Origin: Obrimoposthia wandeli
Taxonomy: Eukaryota
Assembly (NCBI GenBank): GCA_977020255.1
Contig: CDROCS010001161.1
Location: forward strand, 1-64,000
DNA length: 64,000 bases
Direction: 5' to 3'
The position numbers were made by a program, and so were the translations under genes. Positions within the stretch are counted from its first letter, which is position 1; each line of letters opens with the position of its first letter. This document shows positions 52,562-64,000 of the stretch, in pieces. A model generated the notes under the pieces. That model made no database searches. It worked only from the letters and a program-made list of their open reading frames with translations, and had not been told where the DNA came from.

Positions 52562-53199
52562 CTGCAGAGGAAGAATTACCATCAACCAGTAATAGATTTT
52601 GGTGTAAATAATATACAAATACTAAATTACACTACCTAGCAAATAATGTGTTTTATTTTCTTCCTAACGGAATAACATATTTCTAGTCTAAATTAATTTG
52701 CTCTTTATGAAATTGTTATTTAAGAAATTCCCTCATTTTATACATTTATTATACAAAATAACAATTTCCCGTTCTGCAGGTGACGAATAACTGAGGTGTG
52801 CACTAAAATACGAATTGTGTAACTCAACCTCTTTTATTGGATGAAAACTCTTTACGTTGTACTGTGTTATTTTACTTTTTCAAGATATTTTAAGATTTTT
52901 ATTACATTTTTATACTTATAAATATATTTTTGTCGTCTACAATCGAATACAATTGAAGTGATATATAAAAGACAAAAATTTCCAAAATACACTTTTTAGA
53001 GCTCCATTTTTGACTCTCCAAAGAGCTTAAAATTCAGATTCACTACAAATTTGTAGGAAACTTTAGAGGATGTCGGATTTGATGTATGTACAAAGTTGTC
53101 AATGTTTAAGTACGATTTAGACACTAACATTACAAATTATATATATTTTTGATAATAACTACACCTTTTTGATACCATACACGGTAAAACATTTAGGGA

Positions 53200-53750
53200 A
53201 AATTATGCCTCAACGTTCTGACTTTCCCATAAATTGTCATTTAAATCAGACCATTCAAATTCGAAGGCTTATTTTAGAACAACAAATTCTACCATGATAA
53301 GATACAATTTAATAAAAAAGCAATTATTGAGGCAATTCACTTCAGATCATTCTTTCTCAGTATGCTACATCTCTCTTTGATTCGCTGCTTTATTATTTCA
53401 TTCCTTTTGGGAACATGCTTCTTTTGTAGTATTTCAGAATTGACTTTTTAAGAATCTTGTGAACGTATTGTTGGCTGATTCTAAACCTACTTATCGTTTT
53501 TGTTTGTGTTGCACCAATATGTTCCTTTATGTTTATAACCAGTAATTTTACTTTCTTAGAAGGGATTTTGATGGCTTTTCGTCCTGTTCCAACTTTTCAT
53601 GAAAGTGGCTTTACTTTATCTTCTTTAGCACTATATATCAGACTCCTTTCTAAATCCATCGATACAAAGCGATTGACAGTGAAAGACTTGTTTTTGATGT
53701 TTCTTATAAAAATCAAATAGTATGGTGTCTCGATCCAACATAGTAAAAGG
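53200..53750 (-). pseudogene. Tc1/mariner-superfamily transposase remnant (HTH region)
   Basis: KVGTGRKAIK and ISQQYVHKILKK..LKYYKR segments on the minus strand. Confidence 0.55.
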
Positions 53751-55070
53751 CTTCATCGTAAAGAATGTACTGTAACTTCTTTAACACTTTATGAATTGTA
53801 TTAAAAATTGTATAACAAATCAATAGTCACCTGTCAGGCATACAAATAATTATTTTGTAAAAGTGTTTAAGCAGAGCTTTTTTAATTATTAGAATTTGAC
53901 GCATCTTTAGTTGTAAGACCATAGAAGAAAATGTTTGTCTATTAATTTGGTTAATACCGTATAATATCTCATAATTTCAAAAGCTCGAAAATCACGATAG
54001 ACAACATATAGCAATCGATTGTAAATCAAATTTGCACCTCAAATTTCTTCGTTCTCTAATAAAAAGCTTTTCTGTTCAACAAAACTTCGTCATTCTTTGA
54101 CTATCGCCTATTTCTAAACTTCAATGAAATCAACATTAAACAGCCAACAAATCTGAAGGTCTTCACTGTAGAAAGTACTGTGAAAGATAATTAAATAGCA
54201 ATTAAAATCGGTGGTCAAAAGTACAAAAGAAAAAGCAACGTAACTATTAGTCGACAGATTTGTGCCACAACAAGAAAAAACTGGCAGTGAACTGTGCTTG
54301 TCAATTTCGAAGCACATCATGTGAATGGGTTGACAATTTTATTCCGATGACTAACTGACGATGTAAAGGGAGATAATGGTGCACTGTTTATTTATGAATG
54401 AAGTTGGCATTTGGATTGTCTATCTCTTATCTACACCAACCAGTCAACACAACTTGTGGTGTGTGGGAATAACCTTCTACAATTAATCTACAACTGGAAT
54501 ATTATTACACAGAAAGTCCATTCCCTTTCTAATTGTCTAACTTTGAATTCATCTTTTACAGATGAAAAGTAAAATGGAAGAAAAGAACATTTTCAGACAT
54601 ACGATTATTGTCGTTTCATGTCTGGGGGACGGGGCGCTTAAATACACCATTGTGACTGCAAATGCACTCAAAAAATTTAATTCTTCATGTTCAGCTTTAA
54701 TAGAATTTCTATAACAGAAATGTCTTCAAATTCTATTTTGGAAATCTCAATGTTTTTTGAATTTCCTATACATGATGACATTTGTTGATGGAGTTTAGAA
54801 CTAAAGTCCCGGCCAAAAGTATGAAATATATTCATAATATCCAATACAATGTTCAATACAATAAACTGGAATTCAATAATAAGCAAATAAAGTGTGGATT
54901 ATATTGAAGTGTGATGAAATATATCTAAATGTTATAATAATATTAATATTTACAGGTAATTAACATTTCCTATACTACTGTATTTGTAAGTCACCAAATG
55001 TAAGGAATCTATAAACTTTACAACATATGTTGTATATTATTACCTAAATAGACAAAGCATGTAATTATGT

Positions 55071-55890
55071 TTGTTAACTTATGTTTTACGTCAGATAATA
55101 CAAACTAGTGCCGACACAAGATTCAGAATACTTAAATATACAAATGGGGTTTGGTCAGAAATATTTTCTCAATTATTCAGAATAACACAGGATTCGCTGT
55201 CTAAGATAACAAAAGGAATGCTCGAAACAGATAAGCCTAAATCAGACAGAACAAAGATTTTCACTGGCCGAGAAGAAAGAAAACAAAGGATTACCTCAAA
55301 TCGTTTATTTTACAGTGCTGGATTTTTCAAGAGCGTCAGCTAAAACAATCAAAGTAATCGAAGGTAAATAAAATACGAAGGTTTCACTTTAACATGGAAT
55401 ATTATAATTTTTAGTAGAGCTGTTTGAAAAAGAAAACTGTACAGATATGTGGCTAAGACTATGAAATTTTGCTCACGAAGTATAATGGTATAGGAATGAC
55501 CATTGTAAAATTCGCAATTAGAATGAATCAGTGCGATTCTACTAAAGCTTCACAGGACCTCATGGAGCATTGTGAAAATATTAACGTACATATATGTCCT
55601 ATCTCAGTTCACCTGATAAATTGTCTAAAAAATAATGGCATCAAAATTTTATCAAATTGGCCATCACAAACGCCGGATCTCAATATCATTGAGAATTTAT
55701 GGACCTTATTAAGGTAAAATGTGTCAGAAATGTGTCAGAAATAACAGAATCATCAAAAGTCTAAGTCTAGAAAATTATCCATGCCCAATGTATGGGGATT
55801 AGTGATAGTACTATGATGAACTTAAATAATTCAGTCCCTTGTCGCTTAAGCGCAATTAGGCAATCCCGATGATGCTTAACGAAATATCAG
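55071..55890 (+). pseudogene. Tc1-family transposase remnant
   Basis: KPKSDRTKIFTGREER (HTH linker), WPSQTPDLNIIENLW, and C-terminal RLSAI......TKY. Confidence 0.85.
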
Positions 55891-58800
55891 GTATGTAGAA
55901 ATATATATTTTCCAAACTTCTGACATGTAGATGCGGTTTTTATGAAGGGAAATGAGAATTTTATCATTGAATGTTCAACATGCTTTTGACTGGATTCTTA
56001 AAAATGCAAATTTATCATTTTATAAACTTGTTAAGATCTTTTAAAACACAATTAAATAGCATCAATTCCAAATCATCAACAGTTCACATGAAAACCGGTA
56101 TGCGGGATTTGTGCGTATAACGCTATGTGGATTGGCCACTCTGTGTACGAGTTCACAAACAAGACCAAGACCATGTTAGACTAAACACGGCACGCTGAGT
56201 GACAGTGGCGCGACATTATTTATTATGTGTGACAGACCTGGATGCCGATGCAGTTCCTCCTTGTGTCTAGAGTTGCGGGGAAATGTTACACAAAAATCTT
56301 CTAATTTCCCTACAAACCACCTTGTGACGATTGAAGATAGTGATGAATTGCTGTGTTCTTGCTCGTTATCAATGATTTAGCATAAGTTTCATTATAATAT
56401 TCGACCCCAGGTTACCTATCACTATTTACAAAACAATCAATAATCACCACAAGCTAAATCAACCCATTCGAGATATTTTTAGGACATTTTTAACGGTTTT
56501 TCAGAAACATCCTACAAAAGAAAAATTAACAAATCGATAAATTATTGTCATTATAAAAAATAAAATATTACATTAAATTTCGTACGTTTCTCTACTTAAT
56601 GTATATTTTTAAGTAACTTCATACATTTATTACGTAATATACGTTTAGAAAGTTTCGTCCAACGTTTTATGCAATTACATTTTTAGGAACATACACCTGA
56701 TTCATCTCAGCGATTATGTATGTCAGGTGAACTATGAGACATTCGTATTTGTAATATTTGTACTTTTGTGTACATTGTAAATTATTTTTGTTCGTGATTA
56801 ATGGCAGGACGAAGCTTGTTTCAAATTGAATGGTCACATAAATCGATATTATTGTGCTATTGGTCATCACCCAATAATAACCTTACAAGGAAACGTTTCG
56901 CACGGACATGAAAAGAACTCAGTGAAATTTTAGTATATGATAAACATAATATATTGCAATATTAAAAATGTAGTTTTAGTTTAATAAAAAAGTTATATGT
57001 ATTAAATTTTTATAAAATAATTTTATTATTTGGTTTAATTGAAATCATTTAAATACAAAAATTTAAGTGCACTAGTTGAAATAGTGTTGCAAATTTTAAA
57101 ATCCAATAGGAATTTGGTAAGGTTTTATTTTAAACCAATAACAATTTAATATTTTAGGTAATTAATTTTTATTTGGTATTTATTCATATAAATACGTTAG
57201 TGTTTCTATAATTTAATATATTTAAACACATTTATAAATTTATCACATAAATATTTATTTCGATAACTTTTTATATACTGAAAACTAACAGATAATGAAA
57301 TTACTTTGATATGTAGAATTCATTTCATAATTTTTATGACACCTAAAGTACGTTTCTTTGTTAGAAAAATATCAATTAATCTGGCGTCACAGTATGCACT
57401 GTCATTTCATCCTCTGGTATCATAGAACCTTTTCAGATGGAACCGTCAATGGTACAAGGTTTTTGTTTTAAAGACTGCTAAAAACATCGAAATCGTCAAG
57501 AACTTAGAGAACAATCGCATAGCAATTTGCAACGATTTACATTGAATTATGTCAAAAGGTTTGCTGGATTGTGCGGCAGATAGCAGAAGTATATACAATA
57601 CGAAGGTGAGCGGTTTGAAAACTCTGAATAGGTTCTGTTTATGTCATTTTAAACTGTTTAAGTCTTATTACTATTGATGTGTATAATGATTTTTGTCTTA
57701 ACTAGAAAATCGGGCAAAACTTTCTTAATAATTTAAATGCATAATAATTTAAAAATCAATATTTTAATTTTTACAAAAGTCTAGGTGTGCTGGAATGTTT
57801 TACTTACTATATTTGAAATCAGTGTAAAATTCCGCTCTAAAAATTTATTTTCTTATAAAATAAACAACAAAAATGTGAGGTGCAGTGTTTTCATGTTCTT
57901 TATAATATAAACAAATTTACGAAATAAATCGTCATTGATATTAATTGCTGTTAAAAAAAATCAAATAATCAAAAATAAATGCACAGAAATTTCTTTAAAA
58001 CCATAAGGAACTCATTCAATTAGGGAAGGAAATAGGTCAGCGTGACATTTTATCGGGGCTATCAACACGACTGTGGATGTGATATTTCCCGCTGTTTTTG
58101 GGAAGAGATAAGTTGTTGTAGAGTTTGCAGAAGATTTAATACAGTTGAAATTTTTCATTCCAAATATGATTCTTCTAGCAACAATTTATGTTGTTGCTAT
58201 TGATGCAGATTTCCCGATGCTTGTTGCAGTGGACATAATACACTGTTTCCATGCTACAAACGGTGACCTACATAACATATGGTACAATCAAATACCGTTG
58301 TCCCAAAGTCGGCCTAGTAGAAGGACCTGATGATATCACTGCCTGTTTGATTGAATGAAGAGGAATTAGAGAAAATGATTGTCCGTGGGCTATAGAGCCA
58401 TTGCAAGAAGACGAGCCCATTCATGACATTCTGCAGAGTGAGAAGAAGAAAACCGTAGCGGATGAAGAAAGTTATGAAGTCACACAGCAGCGGAAATGCA
58501 ACTTTGTCTTAATCAGTTAGAATGCAGTCTTGTAAATTTTGGATTTGAAAATAAGAAAGAATTGCCCAACGAAGCTAACGAAACTGATTTTTATATACTC
58601 ATAAAACGAAGCACTGCTGTGACTATTCGGCGACTTCCATTCTTTCGGTTAATAAATTCAAAATAGCCCCATCCCTACAGTAGATTCATAAGGCGGGATT
58701 CATTGTACATAAAAAATATAATCCTTTAGATAATTTTTGTGAAATTAAAAGAAACCGCAAATCTATTCCCTAATCCGATTATAATAAATGTAAGTTAGAT

Positions 58801-59552
58801 CAGTTATTTAAAGGATAAAAAAACAGCTACAATGTCTCAAAATCTTTGCCGAAAGTTATCGAATCAAGACGATCAAGGCTAACAAAAGGATGAACATATA
58901 TTTGTATTCGTTCTGCAGTGGTCTCCGAGGTCAACGTTACTGAAACAGAAGTCGACACAACACTGTGCACCTAAACCCATCACAATGAGATATAAAGCCT
59001 GCAAATGTGCATATGTGCTATATTAATCAAATATTGACTGTACGTAAACGAGCCGATCTCAATGAAAGTGTGTCAGAGTCTGCAAATATGTACACAGCTC
59101 TTAGAGAATATCGAAACTCCCGGAAATCGTTGTGTGTGAGTGTCCTGGAGAATCGTATGTGAACTTTATCGTTGACATCGATAAATCCTTACTCCATCGT
59201 AAATAAAACGCATTGAGTAACGTGTATATATGTTCAAGTTTGTGTTTAACAATAATAACAAGACATAGGCTGGAAAAGTTTTCTTTTCAAATGATTAATT
59301 TTATTATTGAATAACTTTCCCCTCTTTACTCATATCATGTATCGGGGTATGGCTTCATAGAAAACAGCATAATTATCCCTGATAAAACAAACATAAAACA
59401 AAGAATTCCATCCAAAAAATGATCTATTAGAGAGTACTTGACTGTGGGTAAGCACCAAATTATTCTTAAAGTTCTTGTACCAAAGTAGAGAGTGCTCCAA
59501 CCTCGACTTCAAAAAAAATTTAACCTCATAAAGTAATTTACCAAATTTGATA

Positions 59553-59942
59553 CACTCGTTGAAAATTAATAGCAGTCATGCTGCATATTAATCATAATCA
59601 ACCAAAATTGAGTGTAGAATGAGTGGTTGATTAAATAAAATCATCAACTCTACACCCAATTTTGGGATTGTAAGCAGTAAACTGACATCCATATAGTGTG
59701 TATTTACTATAGAAAAAATGCACACTATCACAAAATGTTAATATCAATTATTATTAATATCACAATATAAAATAATTTAAACCGATATAAGGCTGTTCCC
59801 GCCTTACCGATGAGGCTCGGAGAGGCGAAATCGGTATAATGATGCTATTTTATGCAATTGATATTAACATTTTGTGATAGTGTGCATTATTTTTCTATAG
59901 TAAATGCACACTATATGGACTGCTATTAATTTTCAACGAGTG
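59553..59942. mobile_element. Tc1/mariner-type MITE with ~87-bp TIRs (left TIR interrupted by a 112-bp foldback insert)
   Basis: TA-CACTCGTTGAAAATTAATAGCAGTC...GACTGCTATTAATTTTCAACGAGTG-TA; the inner arm 59690-59749 pairs with the inner part of the right TIR (59856-59942). Confidence 0.88.
59781..59835 (+). ncRNA. Type III hammerhead ribozyme (AUA site; U4C and one stem II mismatch)
   Basis: ACCGAU-A-UAAGGC(UGUUCCC)GCCUUA-CCGAUGA-GGCUC(GGA)GAGGC-GAA-AUCGGU; stems I and III are perfect 6-bp helices. Confidence 0.85.
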
Positions 59943-61299
59943 TACTAGTAATGCATACCAGCATATGCAGCTCATGTTTACTAATCTTTCCGATTCAAAG
60001 TTAAAAATTGAAATATTTATTGAGATTTAAATTAGAAAGATGTTAAATAGTGTTGAGTTTGAAAGCAAAATGATAATTTTTAAAAAGAATGCATGGGCAG
60101 CATTTAGGTGATTGTTGTGTTTGTTGTTTTTGGGCATCAGTAAAATGGGAAATTATAGAGAATTGATTGTCGGAAGTCCATAAAGTTCCATTACTTCCAT
60201 TATCATTTGAAGTTTTTAAAGCTAAACGATTTCATAAGATATAAGAATTATGGAAAATAGATTTGCAGGAAAATGGGATGGTGTTTTGAAGGAAGATTAT
60301 GTCTGTTCTCTTGTTCGTTCTGACAATACAACTTATAAATTGAAACCCCCGATCAAGTGTGCAATTTATATTTTGTTTATGTGTTATATGCAAAATACAA
60401 TAGTTAATCCGAATATTTTGGAAATGAAATTTGTTAGAGTTACTGAAGTTATAATGGAGCACAAAGTATGTCAGAGATTGTCCAAAAATCTAGTAAATTA
60501 CGAAATTGTTATTTTTTTGACAAAAAATTATTGGAATACCATTTTTATAAACAGGTTCCTCGAATTGAAATGTAAATATTATAAAATATTGATAAGCACA
60601 CATAAATGAAATTTTGTTACAATGTAATTATCACCACTATTTATCATTAAACTTCAATAAATTACATTTAAGAACAAAATGAAACGTTCAGTAGATATGC
60701 TCAGTATACGGCTTTTGCTGTTTATAGTTAGTAGAAACGTTTTATTGAGAACATTTTGTTTCAATTTCTGTTAAATTTAAAATCATTCTGGTCAAAATAT
60801 TTTTTTAAATCCCTAAACCTGTTTTGATTATCTATAACAGTGGGGAATATATTTTAAAATGTCCTATTTTATAAAACAAAGCTTCAAAAACATTTAATCG
60901 TTGCTAATCCTCTAGGAACAACCAGAAACAACCAATTTAATTTCTCCCCATTCTGTTAATCGAGGGAATAACAGAATCGAGACAAACAATGACGCTGAAT
61001 CTCTTGTCTATTTTACTGTTCCCCATTTTCATTTTCAGTTCACATTGTTCGGCATTCATTTCTATACACCTACACATTCAGCTTAACTCAATGCTTGTGA
61101 AAAATCAATATTTTGTAACTGACTTAATTCATCATATTTCTATATATGTATATATTGCATTTGTTTATTTGTCATATAAACCAAAATTAATAAGTAGCAA
61201 GCATTAGAATTGGGTACTTGAATAAGTTACCGCTATTTTCAATATAAACATTAATATTAATAATAAAATAAACAATATTTTCACCCGCTAACTATGGCA

Positions 61300-61520
61300 T
61301 TTTCCCAGTTTTCAGATAATAAATTCGATAGAAGAAATCAGGTTCTTTTGAAGTGTTCCAGTAATCAAGTCGAGTGTTATAAGAAATGAAGTGCTTGTAG
61401 GAGTCAAGTTTTGAAGACCAACTTTTTAAATAAACCTTGATTTTTCATGTCCAGTAGTTCCAATTAAAATTGGTTTTTCACCAGCTTTATTCCCTTTACG
61501 ACATTTACACGACATTTACA
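61300..61520 (-). pseudogene. Possible pogo/Tigger-like transposase remnant
   Basis: NKAGEKPILIGTTGHEKSRF resembles NA.G.EK.KPL.IGKS..PR.F; short and degraded. Confidence 0.35.
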
Positions 61521-64000
61521 TCAATCATATCCTAAGCAAAAGTTAAGAGTCAACTAGTAAACGAGTAAATATGGTGTTTGAAATAAATAACTAATAAATC
61601 TGGAAACAGCAATTATAACTATTTGTCTTATATTAGTCAACAGTCCCATTATGATACGAGGATAATTTTTGACTTTCAAAAAACAATGCATGCATCATAA
61701 AGAACTTGACTAGCATAGCCAACGTAATTTCCTTTTCTGCATTTCATAAAATCAATAATTTTTAATGATACATAATTTTAAATTCGTTTCTCTAACATCA
61801 TGGAACAATCTTCTCCAAATTCAAATACCTTTAAGTCAAAGAAGAACTATGATAAGTGCTGACAAGAATCTATGGAGTAGAGCAAAAATGTTATGAGTGA
61901 AGATACCCTTTCTAACTATTTCGAACATTTGCGAAACGATTCGAAAATGGCATCCAGCAGGTTGTGGACAATATATTCTATGTTAAATCACTACTCAACC
62001 GGATTTAAACTTAAAGTTAGAACAGTGGGTCAAATAGAAAAATAATCATACAACTGGTAAGGTGATGACTAATCTTCTGATTCCTCAAATCATTCTTTCG
62101 GATATAACGGCTTTTCGACCTTGCTTTACGTCTTTACTATATGTTAACTTATTTATGTATTTCTATATTGTGGTACGGTGTCTACCAAGACTATCAGCTA
62201 TCTTTGAACTTTTAACTCCTAGTCTCAATATATTTATTGAAAATCGATCTTCTCTGGTTAAGTCTTTGGTTTTACCCATAATAAATGTTCTAGATATATG
62301 TAATAATTAAAATACAATGCTTACTTAAAACTTGATTCTAATCACTAAATTCCTAAATTTATTTACTTTAAAATTGACCAGGAATATAATTTTAACTTAA
62401 GCTATATAAATGTTCTAAATAAATGGTCGTCAATTATAAAGCAAAAATAGATTAAAGTTATATTTTAAAATTATTGGCGAATATTATTAAAAATAACCAC
62501 ATTTAACGTGTTTTGTAATAAACTTTCTTAAATTTAAATAATATTTAGTTAAATTATTAATATGTGCTACTTTTTATTGTCATATTGTATTTCTGTGTGA
62601 TACTCCAAATAACAATGAATTTTAATTTAAAAGCAATTTGTCTCTTTTGCTATTATGGTAGGCAGATTAAGGGAAAATTCAATTCGAAGACTTAGAACAA
62701 AATAGTACAACAGGGTATGGGAATTAATACAAGGTTAGTACACAACATTGTTGAAATAGCTTCCGTTCCATACATTCAAAAATGTATTGATGTATTAAAA
62801 CATCTGGTTTATTGCAGGAACGTAGAAGAAAAACATTTAGGAAAGCCAAATTAGGAAACGTATCATAATAAATTATACGACCAACGATATATCACTTTTT
62901 TCAAAGAAAAGTGTTTAAATTACTGAATATCAAAATTAAACTAATCCAATGTAATACACCAGTGACACTTTTAGGAGATCAGCAGCATCTACAATGTCCG
63001 AGGCAGCAGCATTCCCACTTGACATTCAAAAAGGCTCCAATGCCGGAAAGCTGTACTATGTCTTCAAAAATCATCAAAGACGACAATCCTAGTAAAGTTA
63101 ACTAATTGTTCAAATGCTATATGTAATTTGTAAATAATAACATTAAATCTCCACGTTATTCAAATGTTCTGTATTTCATATAGTAAAACGTTGTATACCA
63201 TGTAGAAGAAAAAACAATGAACTTTATGCGTAAGATGGGCGCTAACTTGTCTCGAATTTGTTACACTGCTTGAAGAAGTTGAAAGTGAACACGGATAAAT
63301 ATTCAATTATAAAATAATGTCGCGGTAAACTCGAATAGTCTTTTTGAAACGTTTTCTAAATTTTATATGCGAAATCACACGAAAAATCCGTCACAGAAAT
63401 AAATGTAAACTCTGCTATAGACAAACATAATTTCATGCACAAACACTGAATAGAAAAACTAAAATCCATAAACTGTGAAAAATAGTCCCAAAATAACTGT
63501 GCAAATAAAAACATTTTCTTTTTATCACGTATGCCCCTATTGCCAATTAGAAGTGAGCATGTACGTGTGATAATCATTGTCCATAATTAAGGCCAAGCTC
63601 ACAACAATCGATACAATGTTGATAGGCAACTTGCATATTTTACCAGCCACTTAGGTAATAGAACAAAAAATAATTAGCTGATGATTTGAGTGAAATTGAA
63701 GCAAAACAGTTTCTGGAAACCACAAAGTAGCGGTACTAACAATCGCACTGCTCGACACTCGATCCCTTTATGGGTTTGTGTGTGCGTGAGAAATGAACTG
63801 TTAAACATAAATAATATTTTCCCTCAATTTTCAAAAAATATTAGAAAGCTAGAAAGACGACATTTCTTTTTTTATTCAACTAACTAGCTATAAGTACATT
63901 TTCAATAATTTTCTCTATTTAACCTCAAATAAATTTACAGTACAACCAGCACCTGAATTAGGTTTTAAGAAGCCACTGGGTTAATAGAATTTGGAGGTCT

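Noticed and set aside
55845-55890. CCGATGA...CGAAA resembling a hammerhead core
   Set aside because: No stems can be built; it is the RLSAI...TKY C-terminus of the Tc1 transposase remnant.
58030-58330. Fragments resembling a GCD...FGKGK transposon-associated nuclease
   Set aside because: The motif needs several frameshifts to assemble; not supportable without a search.
58327-58360. CTGATGA motif
   Set aside because: No stem II or GAAA at a suitable distance. The same applies to CTGATGA at ~5870, ~6225, ~19684 and ~63678.

Overview
AT-rich animal-type genomic window that is mostly transposon-derived. Host genes: a complete 6-exon methionine synthase reductase (MTRR, minus, 17474-24038), a complete 5-exon UBE2D/Ubc4-type E2 (minus, 39787-40881) and an isolated terminal exon of an LNX1/2-type PDZ protein (minus, 52426-52561). 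The window opens inside a decayed Ty3/Gypsy retrotransposon (protease-RT-RNase H-integrase). After pol it carries unusual cargo: an FN3-like membrane-protein ORF, a coiled-coil ORF and a REX4/ISG20-type DEDDh exonuclease. Its 3' LTR (6886-7896) contains a canonical type I hammerhead ribozyme on the antisense strand. Three more LTRs of this family (26772, 32988, 36187) carry the same hammerhead with compensatory stem changes, and a possible deleted relic lies at 51866. An unrelated type III hammerhead sits in the centre of a TA-flanked MITE (59553-59942). A second LTR family is present as three solo LTRs with 4-bp TSDs. Also present: a Gypsy remnant joined to a chuvirus-like glycoprotein gene, a BEL/Pao remnant, Tc1/mariner and other DNA-transposon remnants. 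All calls are by manual motif reading; no searches or folding programs were run.
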